DNA of 63,662 nucleotides, counting the filler, from Stramenopiles sp. TOSAG23-3 (Eukaryota): assembly GCA_900128585.1 (NCBI GenBank). It is 15 parts of 15 records of this genome, joined end to end, with 100 filler letters (N's around TTAATTAATTAA, not from the genome) between each part and the next. Parts side by side here need not be neighbours in the genome. Positions count along the whole stretch, not along the records: positions 42,564 to 46,709 come from LT643935.1; positions 46,810 to 50,954 come from LT643936.1; positions 51,055 to 55,196 come from LT643937.1; positions 55,297 to 59,429 come from LT643939.1; 11 more parts are not named here. The stretch is one strand, 5' to 3'. Each line of letters begins with the position of its first letter. The first letter of the stretch is position 1. This document shows, piece by piece, positions 44,762-56,038 of the stretch. Made by a program: the position numbers and the translations under genes. The notes under the pieces were generated by a model, which was given only the letters and a program-made list of their open reading frames with translations, was not told the DNA's origin and searched no databases.

Positions 44762-45346
44762 ATGACGTCGTTAGCAGAGCAAGCTGGTGTGCGGACCGTG
44801 TCAAGGAAATTAATACTAATAGGCTTTCGTGGCGTTGGGAAAACGAGCCTGGTGAGGCAGTTTGTGGAAAAAGATTTTACGCCGGAGGATGCGTACGTTC
44901 CTACCATCGAGCAATCGTTTAAGAAGACGGTTCGAATTAGCAACGCTATTTTTAAGACGGAAATCATTGATACTGCTGGGAAGGACGAATATGCGACCTT
45001 TTCGAGGCAAGCCTCTGTGGGGGCACACGGCTACATATTTGTGTACTCTGTTGCCTCCCAAAGCTCATTAGACCAACTTATAAAAGTGCGCGAGAACCTT
45101 CTCAATTTAATTGGGAATGATACGGTTCCGATTGTGCTCGTTGCCCAGAAATGTGACTTGAAGGAACGGGAAATTTCCGACCAGACGGGCGTCGCGCTGG
45201 CGAAGAGCTGGAACTGCCCGCTATTGAACGTGTCCGCAAAAATGAACATAAATATCGATGTGGTGTTTGACACCATGCTGCGCCTAATAGAGAAAGATTC
45301 AGGACTTTTGCAGCCAGAGCCGAAGCGTGGGTGTTCTATTTTGTAA
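44762..45346 (+). CDS. RHEB: Rheb small GTPase
   Basis: G1 GFRGVGKTS with the Rheb-typical Arg, effector YVPTIEQSF, and CAAX box CSIL. Confidence 0.88.
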   Translation: MTSLAEQAGVRTVSRKLILIGFRGVGKTSLVRQFVEKDFTPEDAYVPTIEQSFKKTVRISNAIFKTEIIDTAGKDEYATFSRQASVGAHGYIFVYSVASQSSLDQLIKVRENLLNLIGNDTVPIVLVAQKCDLKEREISDQTGVALAKSWNCPLLNVSAKMNINIDVVFDTMLRLIEKDSGLLQPEPKRGCSIL

Positions 45347-45598
45347 TATCTGAATATCAAGGGCTGAAGAAGGGGTTTGAATAACATGCATAACAATTTT
45401 CCAACATGGTTTTCACACCCAGTGTCGAAGTTCTTATGATACTTCGTAAATTTTCTCTTCACTCCAAGGCTCTCTAAGGGTAACACTAAAATAATGAATA
45501 AAAACATAAATCGCGTTATGGATTAATGCAATGTAAGATGTTTATTCGTACGCATATACAAACAACACAATTTTCAAAAAACGAAAGCCTTTTGAGCT

Positions 45599-46186
45599 TT
45601 AGTAACCTTCCATATCAAAAATTCTCCACCCTACCACATCCTGGCTGTAACTGTAATTGTTCAGGTTAAATCCAGGGTCGTTTACGAACAAGGTGTCCTC
45701 GTTTTCTTGCTCCCATCCAGTAACAAGGACAAAATGTGATCCGTTCATGACGTTGGCGATCATAACACGGCCTTTCTCCAAGTACAGTTGAACCGTCTGC
45801 AACTTTAAATCGTTTGTCTTATGCATGCCATCTTTTGGCCAAACAACATTTCCTGGGGAACTTATTTTCGGCAATACTTCTTCGTAAAAGTCGTTCGTGC
45901 CGTCATACCCGTTGTTGTTGCGCAACCAAGTGTTCAGAGACCCCGGGTTCACAGGGGTGGAGCTATTTATATTTATCCCGTTTCCATTCAGCGCCATTGA
46001 TGTGCTAGACATGAGACAACCCACTGCGCATATAGTCTTTGTCACCATAAGGTGGGAGCCCCAAGTATCATTGCACTGCTTGAAGAGCGGGTAATGGTAC
46101 GGAATGACAGGGGTCCCGGTGGCTTCCGTCGCCAAAAGGCAAGAGAAGGCTAGAACAACTGCGTACAAACCGTATCGGTGCTCCAT
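45599..46186 (-). CDS. Secreted peptidase C39-like cysteine protease
   Basis: Signal peptide; FKQC...W...TICAVGCLMSS, HFVLVTG and VNDPG (Q, C, H, D residues). Confidence 0.8.
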   Translation of the reverse strand: MEHRYGLYAVVLAFSCLLATEATGTPVIPYHYPLFKQCNDTWGSHLMVTKTICAVGCLMSSTSMALNGNGININSSTPVNPGSLNTWLRNNNGYDGTNDFYEEVLPKISSPGNVVWPKDGMHKTNDLKLQTVQLYLEKGRVMIANVMNGSHFVLVTGWEQENEDTLFVNDPGFNLNNYSYSQDVVGWRIFDMEGY

Positions 46187-46559
46187 AGTGAACTCACAAG
46201 TACAGCTTTTAACAATAAAAAAGACAGAAAATTTATGACTTCTTTTCACCTATTCCTGTTCTCTTCGTTGAATTTATTCCTTTTCGTGTAAATACATAAG
46301 TATGTGTAATGTACATGCCGATGTAGTAAGTATAATAATATATTTTTTTTTTCGGGGGAGGGGGAAGGAGGGAGAGTAATAAGAAAGAGTTGTTGTTATT
46401 TTAATAATAATATTATTATTTAAAAAATTATTATATTATACTATAATACAGTACTGTATTATTTAATTATTTTTTATTTTTTTATTATTATATTTACTTG
46501 TATGTTGTAAATAATAATATTATTATTATTATTTAACAACATTATTATATTAATTATTT

Positions 46560-46709
46560 TTTCTTTCTTCTTCTTTCTTCTTCTTCTTCTTCTTCTTCTT
46601 TCTTCTTCTTCTTCTTCTTCTTCTTCTTTTATTTCTTCTTCTTCTTCTTCTTCTTCTTCTTCTTCTTTCTTCTTTCTTCTTTCTTCTTCTTCTTCTTCTT
46701 CTTCTTCTT
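46560..46709. repeat. (CTT)n microsatellite
   Basis: Direct reading. Confidence 0.95.
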
Positions 46710-47029
46710 NNNNNNNNNNNNNNNNNNNNNNNNNNNNNNNNNNNNNNNNNNNNTTAATTAATTAANNNNNNNNNNNNNNNNNNNNNNNNNNNNNNNNNNN
46801 NNNNNNNNNTGATGGAATAATAAAAAAAAGGTTTTTTTGTCTGTCTGGACATAAATATTGTATTGTATTTTAATATTTACCTATTAATATTTATACTTAA
46901 TTGCTTATGAATTTGCATAATAAATATTAGTCGATTAATAATAAATCCTCTCTTTTACATATTATGATATGCTCCCAGTAGAATGTGGTGTGATATAAAG
47001 GTTGTTGCTCAAACGTGACAAATACCAAT

Positions 47030-50000
47030 TTACACGCCTATAAAAGGCAGCTCCATTTCCAAGACGTGGAACATTTCACTCATGAGCGACCGTTTGAGGT
47101 CAGGGTCCATGTCCGCAACATCGTCCTCCATATCGAAATCGTCGAGCGAGACCCCTTGGGCTTGCCTCATTTCTTCCGCCGCTTTCTCTTTCATCATCGT
47201 CTTGGCCATGTACGACACGAACTCTTCCTCCTGCAGCAAGTCATCCCCGTCTTCGTCCATAATGTCCATTAGTACGTTCGCGTACACCATGGATGGGTTT
47301 TCACCCGACACTTTCCCCCAGCTTCCTTTGGAAGCATGCTCCTCCCACGGACAAAGTTTACCGTGGTCCCTTGCAATGCCTTCCATCATGAAAATGATAC
47401 CGTCCGTCGAAAGTTCCCCTTTCATTTTCTTGTCGAAACGACGAAACAGGCCGCCCGCAGCAACCCGAAGAACCCGTCGCTGAATTTCTGCCCTGATGAC
47501 GGACAGGAAGGCGGTGATTTCAGACTTGCTCACGTTTCGCTTTGCCATACGTTTGCGCGCTTTAGAACTTTGCATGATGGTCCGTAAAACTGCTTCAATC
47601 AACTCTCCTTGTTGCAGGTTTCCGTCCCCATTCTTGTCCATGAATTCGATGAAATTTTGAACGTCCTCGCTGTCCGCGTTTGACGCCCCTTTTCTCACCT
47701 CTTCCGGCAGCCCTGCCGCATTCAATGAATCCACGCAGTCCTGTATCATCCGGCTTAACTCTGACACGGAGACGGGGCTGTTTTTGTTGTTCTTCTGGTC
47801 CCTTCTAGTCGCTTTTATCATTTTGGTCAGCTCATTGACTGCATACTTAAGAAACCGCTCGAACAGTATGACTTGATTGAAGACGTACTGTTGCAGGATT
47901 GCATAGTGTCCGTACGCGCCTATTCTATCTTCCCGGGAGATTTCCATGGACGAACTCATAAAGTCGACGAATTCGTTGTGGTCAATGGACCCGTCGTGAT
48001 CCTTGTCGAATGCTTTCATAAATTCACTAATTGCGTCCTCGTCTTGCGGGCCCAGCACGTAGGACTCCTTCTTAGCGCACGCCCGCAGGAGTTTCGTAAA
48101 CTCGCTCTTGTCCAACGACTCGTCCTTGTCTCTATCGTGCTCGTGAAACAGCGTGCTTAGCGCTATGGTCCGCATAGGGTTCTGTCCCCCGCCAGAGGCT
48201 TCCGTGGAAGTGACGGCAGGCAGGGCATTCTTCTCCACGAACGCCAACAAACCGCAGAAACTCACCAGCATCGGGTCCGCCCTCATGGCCTGCCTTCGCT
48301 TTTGTGGCCCTTCGGAAAAAATCCGAAGAAGCTGCAGGGCCTCGCACCCCATCTTCTTCGTCAGGACGTGCAGGGTCATCGTAGACGTGGTTTCGACAAC
48401 AATCCTTGGCCGTGCATCGTACGGGATTTTGTCCAGAATCATCTCTATTCCGATGTAAGTCAGCAAAATGGACGTGTCCGCATTGTACTGTGCACTGTCT
48501 TGGTCCTGGGACATCGCCCCGACATTGGAATCATCCACCAAAAATATCACCGCTGCTCTGTGCACACAAGCGCAGAGAAGGGCGCTTTTGGCCGTTGAAG
48601 TTTCACACACGTGATATATCCCTTTAAGCTCCTCGGGTTGAAACTGGTTTGCCATCCAACTGGCTGCGGCCTGGTCATGGGGGGTTTGTGACACTATGAC
48701 CGCGGTCGCTAGGGGCACGGATTCCGAGGATATGTACGAAAACAGTCGGGCTTGCAACTTTCTGTACCGCTGTATTACGTAAATGCTCTGCCGCAAGGAT
48801 CCACAGATTACCAAATGACACCTGCAGTCGGGGACTGCATCGCACACAGAATTGTCGGCGAGGGAGTAGACTTGAACTTTCTCCGCGCTCGTGAGCTGGG
48901 GGTTCTCCGGAGAGGGCGGGTTCAAGTTGGTCTCCATGCGAACGGCAAGGCGCTGCTGGTACGAAAGGTCGGCAACCTGCTCGTCGCGGAGGGTCGTATT
49001 GAAGTTGTTCTTAAGGCTGATGTCGGTCACGTACACCGACTCGTCGGAGATGAGTGTGGCGTCCTCTATGTCCTCCGCAATGACGTACAGACAGCAAGCG
49101 TGCTTTGCGTTTCCCGACGACCGCCTGCGTTTACCCTTTTCATCGGGCGACTTCCACGACGGGCCAGGGTTAGACACGTAAACGCCGTTCGCTTCTGCTG
49201 CGATCAAAATCATGGGCGAGAGATTTTGGTTGTTGATTCGAAAGATCAACAGGGCGATCTCTAAAAACGTTTTCCCCCCGAGAAACAGGGGGCAAGGGAT
49301 GCAGTAAATTTCTTTCGAGGCGCCTTCAAAGTACTCCTCCAACCATTTCGGGCGAGAACGGCTGCGTTCAAAGTCGAACGCGCTGGTTAAGTTGTCGAAA
49401 AACGTTTGAAGCCCCGGGCACGCCAAAGAGCAGCCTATCAGGTTGGTCCGCATTTCGTCGTTGCACAGGAGCATCTGCGGCCGCCCAACGCTTGCGATCT
49501 TCTCCGCGCTTTCGATCAAGTGGCAGTTTGCCATAATGGTAGCGTGGGGGTCGTACTCCCGGACCACCAGGGAATCCACAATGTTTTGGTGGTCGGAATG
49601 CAAGATGCTGCTCGTGATTCCGCTGGCCAATATGAACACGCTCCTTGCGTCTCGCAGTTTTATATCTTCGAGGTCCGAGGTGGACAAGATCGAGCCGACG
49701 TAGTACTGGATTTTTTCCCCGAGGAAGGAGTTCAGCACTTGGTGCTTCATTTCATCGTACGGCTCTTTCTGCCCCAGGATAACGACGTCCTCTGGGTCTG
49801 GCCGGTCGTCCGTGCCAGCATTGTCCGGATGAAAGTGCTCGGCAAGGATATCCACAAGCAGCTTGATGTCGTTTATCCCGTCCCCCATGATGATAATGTG
49901 TCCGTTGCTGCTGTCCAGCCCGCGGTAAGGCTTCCTGTACTTGCTTTGCCGGCTGCATATTTCTGCAATAAGGGTCACGCGGTCGGAGACAACGACGATC

Positions 50001-50932
50001 CCAACGATAACGACGAAGACGACGACCCACATCCCCGAAGCAGTCTTTGGCGAGAAGTCCCCGTAACCGACGGTCGTCATGGTTATCACAGAAAAGTAGA
50101 GGCTGTCCCCAAACGTCATCGGCTTTTCAAACGGGACAAAGGTGCCGTTGGACGGCGCGCTCTGGTGCGAAAGGAAGGCTTTCAAGGCCGGGATTTCGCA
50201 CTCTACGAAATAGACAACACCGGCAGCCAAAAACCAAACAGCAATCAAAAATATTCCCGCGCTGAGAATCTGCGACGTCCCTGCTGACAACTGGGACCGG
50301 AAGAGTTTTTGAAGGCGCATCTCCCTCAGGAACCTGGTGATTTTTAAGACCCTGGCAAACCGAAGAACGGCCATGAACTGGGTGGTGTACACCGCGTACT
50401 GCTCCAGTCGATCCCTCGTCCTCGCGTCGACCCCAGCTTCTCCCGCGACGTTCCCCAATTCTTTTTTGAAGCCAGAGTAGGATGCCGCGAGAATGACGGG
50501 CACCACGGTCACCACGTCAATCGTTCCCCACCCACACAAAAGGTACCGGATTGGCCGCCGGCTTGCAACGACGTTGATGATCAGGTCCACCATAAAGTTG
50601 AGCGCGCAAAAAAATTCTATGTAAAGAGTGATGGTGTACTCCTCCTCGGACAAGGTAATCATCTGGTTTTCTTTCTGGGACTCAGCGTACGTTTGAAGGA
50701 TGTACACTAGGACGGAGACGATGCAGAGGACCATCACGTACATGTCCCACATGATCCCGCCCTCTTTGTGATTGAGCCAAAGCCTAACTTTGACGTGAAT
50801 ATTGGACATTATCTTTTGGCAGCGTTTCCGTTTCCCCCCTGTGGCGATAGAGTTGTACATCGATTTTTTCTTCCACAATTCTGTATTTTTGCAATTACTA
50901 AAAGAAGCGCTTCGGCTGTTCCGCTTTTTCAC
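47030..50932 (-). CDS. BK/Slo-type K+ channel with RCK domains and C-terminal EF-hands; possibly 5' partial
   Basis: Six TM segments, S4 LRFARVLKITRFLR, pore TMTTVGYGD, RCK motifs (HIIIMG, WLEEYFEGASKEIY, HLVICG), and about five DxDxDG-type loops. Confidence 0.9.
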   Translation of the reverse strand: MKKRNSRSASFSNCKNTELWKKKSMYNSIATGGKRKRCQKIMSNIHVKVRLWLNHKEGGIMWDMYVMVLCIVSVLVYILQTYAESQKENQMITLSEEEYTITLYIEFFCALNFMVDLIINVVASRRPIRYLLCGWGTIDVVTVVPVILAASYSGFKKELGNVAGEAGVDARTRDRLEQYAVYTTQFMAVLRFARVLKITRFLREMRLQKLFRSQLSAGTSQILSAGIFLIAVWFLAAGVVYFVECEIPALKAFLSHQSAPSNGTFVPFEKPMTFGDSLYFSVITMTTVGYGDFSPKTASGMWVVVFVVIVGIVVVSDRVTLIAEICSRQSKYRKPYRGLDSSNGHIIIMGDGINDIKLLVDILAEHFHPDNAGTDDRPDPEDVVILGQKEPYDEMKHQVLNSFLGEKIQYYVGSILSTSDLEDIKLRDARSVFILASGITSSILHSDHQNIVDSLVVREYDPHATIMANCHLIESAEKIASVGRPQMLLCNDEMRTNLIGCSLACPGLQTFFDNLTSAFDFERSRSRPKWLEEYFEGASKEIYCIPCPLFLGGKTFLEIALLIFRINNQNLSPMILIAAEANGVYVSNPGPSWKSPDEKGKRRRSSGNAKHACCLYVIAEDIEDATLISDESVYVTDISLKNNFNTTLRDEQVADLSYQQRLAVRMETNLNPPSPENPQLTSAEKVQVYSLADNSVCDAVPDCRCHLVICGSLRQSIYVIQRYRKLQARLFSYISSESVPLATAVIVSQTPHDQAAASWMANQFQPEELKGIYHVCETSTAKSALLCACVHRAAVIFLVDDSNVGAMSQDQDSAQYNADTSILLTYIGIEMILDKIPYDARPRIVVETTSTMTLHVLTKKMGCEALQLLRIFSEGPQKRRQAMRADPMLVSFCGLLAFVEKNALPAVTSTEASGGGQNPMRTIALSTLFHEHDRDKDESLDKSEFTKLLRACAKKESYVLGPQDEDAISEFMKAFDKDHDGSIDHNEFVDFMSSSMEISREDRIGAYGHYAILQQYVFNQVILFERFLKYAVNELTKMIKATRRDQKNNKNSPVSVSELSRMIQDCVDSLNAAGLPEEVRKGASNADSEDVQNFIEFMDKNGDGNLQQGELIEAVLRTIMQSSKARKRMAKRNVSKSEITAFLSVIRAEIQRRVLRVAAGGLFRRFDKKMKGELSTDGIIFMMEGIARDHGKLCPWEEHASKGSWGKVSGENPSMVYANVLMDIMDEDGDDLLQEEEFVSYMAKTMMKEKAAEEMRQAQGVSLDDFDMEDDVADMDPDLKRSLMSEMFHVLEMELPFIGV

Positions 50933-51520
50933 TCGACCCTTTGCCGCCGAACTCNNNNNNNNNNNNNNNNNNNNNNNNNNNNNNNNNNNNNNNNNNNNTT
51001 AATTAATTAANNNNNNNNNNNNNNNNNNNNNNNNNNNNNNNNNNNNNNNNNNNNTATTTCTTCTTCTTCTTTTATTTCTTCTTCTTCTTTTATTTCTTCT
51101 TCTTTCCTTCTTCTGCCTTCTACCTGTAATATTGTAATCGTCTGTCTGGTAGTCTTTAAAAATATTGGAATTGAGAGGCATTTATTTGTATTGTGTTGAT
51201 AGAATATTAATGTATTATACAATGGAGTTATTGCCTTGCTGTGTCCTTGGAAAAACACGAAAGGGAGTACCAACAAATCCCTCTTCTTCCCCCCGCCCCT
51301 ATGCCCCTATTAATACCGTACGGGCTAAGGACTACGGAACAGCTGGAGGATGAGCTGCTTGTACTTGGTAATACCTTCTAACGAACAACGGAAGAGTGAC
51401 GATGTCGATGAAAAATGTAAGTTTTTTTTTTATAAAACAAAATATGCAGTGAGTTAACGTGAGAGTGTACTTGTTACATTCCAGGATGTTTAAAATCAAT
51501 CTCGGTAATGGTGGAGCCAA

Positions 51521-53020
51521 TTACGTTGCGGTCTCCCCTTTCATAATACGGCGAAATTCGTCGAGATCAATCATCCCGTTGTTGTGAAAGTCGGCCTGAG
51601 CCATCATTCGGTCAATTGCTTCTTCAGTGCAGTCATCGCCCAATATTTCGCGTAGGTTATCTTTGGTAATTGTTCCAGTATGGTCCGTATCCATGCGGTT
51701 GAACGCTTCGACTACGCGGCGGTCGTCAAGGTACTGTTTCTCGTCGATGCATGCGGCTAAGAACTCGGAATATTTAATGACACCCCTATGGTCTTGATCG
51801 ATAGTTTGGAAAATCCTTTCGCACTCCGCGTCTTCCATCACCCCATGCTTGTGCATGACCTCCATGAACTCTTCGTGCCCAATAACGCCGTTGTGGTGAG
51901 TATCGACTTGTTGGAACCCCTTGCGGATCTCCCCGATTTGATCCTCCCCGAGGGAGAAAGAAATCGCCAGCAGCGCAGCACGCTTTAAATCGCTGTACTT
52001 CTTAAACTCGCGCATGTGCTGCACCAAGTGATCTTCCCCTTCCTCCGACAATGCATGCGAAAGCCCATTGTCCCCGGCCTGCCCAACAATCCACGGGTGG
52101 TCCAACGCTTCCGTTGCAGTCATCCGATTATCAACCTTTTGAACGAGTAGCTTGGTGACGAAATCTTTGGCTTCGTTCGACACACCCTCCCACGCGGGCT
52201 TTTTGAAGACATACCGTCCTCGGAGTACGTTTTGCTGAATGTCATTATCGCTATGCCCCCCAAAAGGGCACCGCCCACTGAGTAACATGAATACTACAAC
52301 CCCAAAACTCCACATGTCGGCCATCGCCGAGTAATCTCCCTTCAGGACTTCCGGGGCCATGTAGTAACTCGTTCCAGCAACTTTTTTCATATGCTCCCCT
52401 TCCAGGTAAGACCTACTCAAACCAAAGTCGATCAGCTTAATCTCCCCATCGCCCCCCATTTTGGTGAAAATAAAATTTTCTAGTTTTAGGTCACGGTGAA
52501 TAATTTTGTTTTCGTGGAGATAGTTTAGGGCCGATAGCATTTTTGTTGCCAAGTCCTTGGCATCACTTTCCGAAAACTTGTCACCAGGCTGTTCGTATAG
52601 TTTGTCGAATAGCTCCCCCCCAGTGCAACACTCCATGACTATGTAAAGGCGTTTAAAATCGACAAACGTTTCAATGACTTTTATGACGTTCGGGTGGTCT
52701 AAAATTCGCATAATGGAAACTTCTTCGAAGAGAGAAGCAACAACCTCAGGTGGCAGGCGGTAAAGTTCAATAGTCTTCAGTGCGTAGACGGTTTTTGTGA
52801 GCTTGTTGGTACATTGTCGCACAGTGCTAGTTGCACCAGATCCTAGCGCCTTGCTATCATCCCAATTAATATCGTACACATCGTTTATGTTCTCTTTGTT
52901 GTGCTGCTGCACAAGGGCCTGCTGAAAATGAGAGGCTTCCAACCCAGTTTCTTTCCGCTGCGTTACAGAATCCTTGTTGGGAACAATTTTTGCGTTTGCA
53001 GTCGAGGAACCACAACCCAT
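51521..53020 (-). CDS. Calcium-dependent protein kinase (CDPK)
   Basis: MGCGSS acylation motif, kinase motifs HRDLKLEN, DFG and APE, and four EF-hands. Confidence 0.95.
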   Translation of the reverse strand: MGCGSSTANAKIVPNKDSVTQRKETGLEASHFQQALVQQHNKENINDVYDINWDDSKALGSGATSTVRQCTNKLTKTVYALKTIELYRLPPEVVASLFEEVSIMRILDHPNVIKVIETFVDFKRLYIVMECCTGGELFDKLYEQPGDKFSESDAKDLATKMLSALNYLHENKIIHRDLKLENFIFTKMGGDGEIKLIDFGLSRSYLEGEHMKKVAGTSYYMAPEVLKGDYSAMADMWSFGVVVFMLLSGRCPFGGHSDNDIQQNVLRGRYVFKKPAWEGVSNEAKDFVTKLLVQKVDNRMTATEALDHPWIVGQAGDNGLSHALSEEGEDHLVQHMREFKKYSDLKRAALLAISFSLGEDQIGEIRKGFQQVDTHHNGVIGHEEFMEVMHKHGVMEDAECERIFQTIDQDHRGVIKYSEFLAACIDEKQYLDDRRVVEAFNRMDTDHTGTITKDNLREILGDDCTEEAIDRMMAQADFHNNGMIDLDEFRRIMKGETAT

Positions 53021-53848
53021 AGTGCGACGGAGGCTTGGGTCCGAAAGGAGATAGTCTTCAATAAAATCTCTCGACTCCCTCGTGCAAATTTTCAACTCTA
53101 TATGCTGCCAATTTGATTTGATGCTTTGGAAAACGACTAAGTGTGTGAGAAAGAGACAAAGTCTTTGAACAAATCCCACAATGTCTCTGTACTTCGTTCA
53201 ACTCACACCCAATCCCCATACATCCGTCCATCCGATGTCCATGATAATGATGATAGATAATAATTTATTTTTTTTTAATCTATTTTTTTTAAAAAAAAAA
53301 TAATAATGTTTTTTTTTTTTCTTCTTCTTCTTCTTGCTTCGTGCTTCTTCCGGTATAATATTAGAGGTACATTATATAGCGTTATAGTTGGATTAGTTAC
53401 TCATTTTTCAGTACTAGCGAATAGCATTATGAAAAAATCATCAAGGTTGTGAATGCGTTGGAGCAGGAGAGAAAATCTAAGAGACCACACTTTGGATCTT
53501 AAATAATAGTAAAAGGATGAGAAAAAGAAAAAAATGTATTTTATTAAAATAAAGAATACAATTCTATTGTACATGAATAATATTTAATACTATGATTGTG
53601 TTATCTCAATGTACAAAAGGGGATAATTGTACCCTATGATGTGGATGTTGCTTACATTGTATAACAAGGAGATGATGAAACGGAACAAAAAAGGAAGGTG
53701 TAACGCAAAACAGGAGAAGCAGCGCAACAACAAAAAAGAAAACTCAAAAATCAAACAACGACTGATGGTTTTTATTACCGTATGTTACAACTTATCTTTT
53801 CTCGTACTCTTATTTGAACTGGTACACCCGTAAATGCACACCCAGTTA

Positions 53849-55196
53849 TTATACCAGACCTGTCTTGTTGTAACCAAACCCTTCTTCATCGACAGACGTG
53901 GCAGTTTGGGGGACCACGTTACTTCCCCACATCTGTTCCGAATCACCAACAGAAAAGTTTCGGCTGTCTGCACCCCCTCTGTTTGCGCCATCGGATTCCC
54001 CCGACAACATTTGCCCTTGCACGTTATTGATCTTTGCGAACAGCAGCCGCAGCACGCGTTCTCTATCCTCCCACCCTAAGTCGCGCAGGTCAACTTTTTC
54101 GTTCATTCCCACGGGCTTGGAAAGCATACCCGCCCTTGGATCGCTGGTGCTTCTGATGTCTGACCCTGCCTTTGCAAGCATGTGCTGCGGCGCCTTGATG
54201 GATGGGAACTTGATGTCTCCCTTGCTGGTCGTAGCCCGTCGCATCTGTGCATTGTACTCGGCCATAGCTAATTTATATTCATCCTCCCGCTTCTGCCGTA
54301 TTTCCGTTTTTACTTGCTCCAGCGCTTCCAAAAAGTATTGCTCTACTTCTGACCTTTGATCTAAAATTGTCTGTGCCAACTTTCTAATATTTTTCAATTC
54401 CCTATTCTTCAGCTTCAGCAATTGCTTCAAACCGTTATTCGCCATGCTCACTTCCTCCAACTTTTGCTTCGATTTGATCGAGTCCAGCTCCCGTTCTTTT
54501 TCAAAATCACGGACCACTTGGCTAAGGGAACGTTCTAACATTTTCACCTTGGCTTGCAGTTCGCGGGTATCCCTCACCTGGTGGTTTGACTTCGCGGCGT
54601 AGATTTGCTCCTTTTCTGCGTTGATGATGACCTCCCGCTTCAACCGCTTGTTCTCTTCCTTGAGCTTTGACACATCCTCCTGAAGCTCCTCGGTCGTTTG
54701 CAGTTGGAACCGCAGCTCTTCCCCCATCCTCCGGTTGTCCGTAACGATCCGCCTCGTGTCCGCATCCAGCCCTTTCTGCGCCTCCTCTCTTGCGAGACGC
54801 TGGATGTCCGCAATTCGCTGCTCATGCTCCTTGTTGATGCGATTTTTTTCTTCCAGAAACTTGCGCTCTAAGGCGTTCATGGCAATTTCATTGTCGTTTT
54901 TCGTTCTCTCCAGCTCGTCCTCTTTCACCTTCAATTTTTTCTCGACCAACTCCTTGATTTGCTTGAACTCCCCGAGCATTGTCAACTCGTCGTTCGCAAT
55001 TTTCAGCTTCTGCTCCAAGTATTCGATTTTGGAGGAACTGTCATCTTCAAGTTTGGACAACCTGCTCTCGTAATCGTCCACCAATTTCTTTTTTGTGTCT
55101 TGGTACTCCATTTTCCTCTGTATAATCTCATCTTTATACTCCGCTATTTGGTCGTCCTTCTTTTCGAGCTCCTTCTGAAAGTATGCTACAAACTCG
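53849..55196 (-). CDS. BBOF1: Basal body-orientation factor 1 (CCDC176)-like, 5' partial
   Basis: Coiled coil with ILDQRSEVEQYFLEAL and VDLRDLGWEDRERVLRLLFAKIN. Confidence 0.8.
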
Positions 55197-56038
55197 NNNN
55201 NNNNNNNNNNNNNNNNNNNNNNNNNNNNNNNNNNNNNNNNTTAATTAATTAANNNNNNNNNNNNNNNNNNNNNNNNNNNNNNNNNNNNNNNNNNNNACGT
55301 TCCTCGTGCAGGTGAGTGGTTTGGACAACTAATTGGCTCGGCTGTCTCTGGTGGCGTACCAGATGCCATCGTAAAGCAAATTTTGGGCATGGTGGATTCC
55401 AAGCATCATAGCAGTATCCAGAAAGGGGTGTCTTCGCAGTAAACGCACAGAACGGCGCGCCATTGTTGAGATACGATCGCATGCCCCGAAATGTAACATA
55501 AAATATAATAAAAACTATTCGAAAAAACATAATTTTTTTGATTTTTGAAAAAATATATACTTAGCCCTTTTGAGGGAGAGAACGGAGGAGAATAAGCTTA
55601 GTTTTTATCAGCATTTAGTGTTACATGATGATGAATTAACAAACATGATGAAGGAATGTAACGCGAAATTGAATCTGCTCCTTTGGTCCATTCTAATAAA
55701 AAAAATATATATATTCCATTCTAATCAATATACCCGTGTTGATTGAATAGATTATAACTTAAAATAACAGCCAATTTTCTTGTTTTTAAATTATGTGATC
55801 ATAAATAAATTTAACTTCCTTCCCTTTCCATTAAATGTAAATTTATGTGCATAATATAGTTTGTTATCTTTCGGGGTGTCTTTTATTTTAGAACGGGGGG
55901 TACAAACAAAACCCCTCTTACTTTCATGAAAAACAGTGTGTAATAAATTACTTCAAATTAAAAAAATACTTTTTGCTCCGCACACACACACACAATTAAA
56001 GTGTGCACATTACAAAGATCGTGAGCGGGGCATAAAAA

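Noticed and set aside
21312-55196. Apparent clustering of flagellar and calcium-signalling genes
   Set aside because: They lie on separate contigs ordered by length, so adjacency is meaningless.
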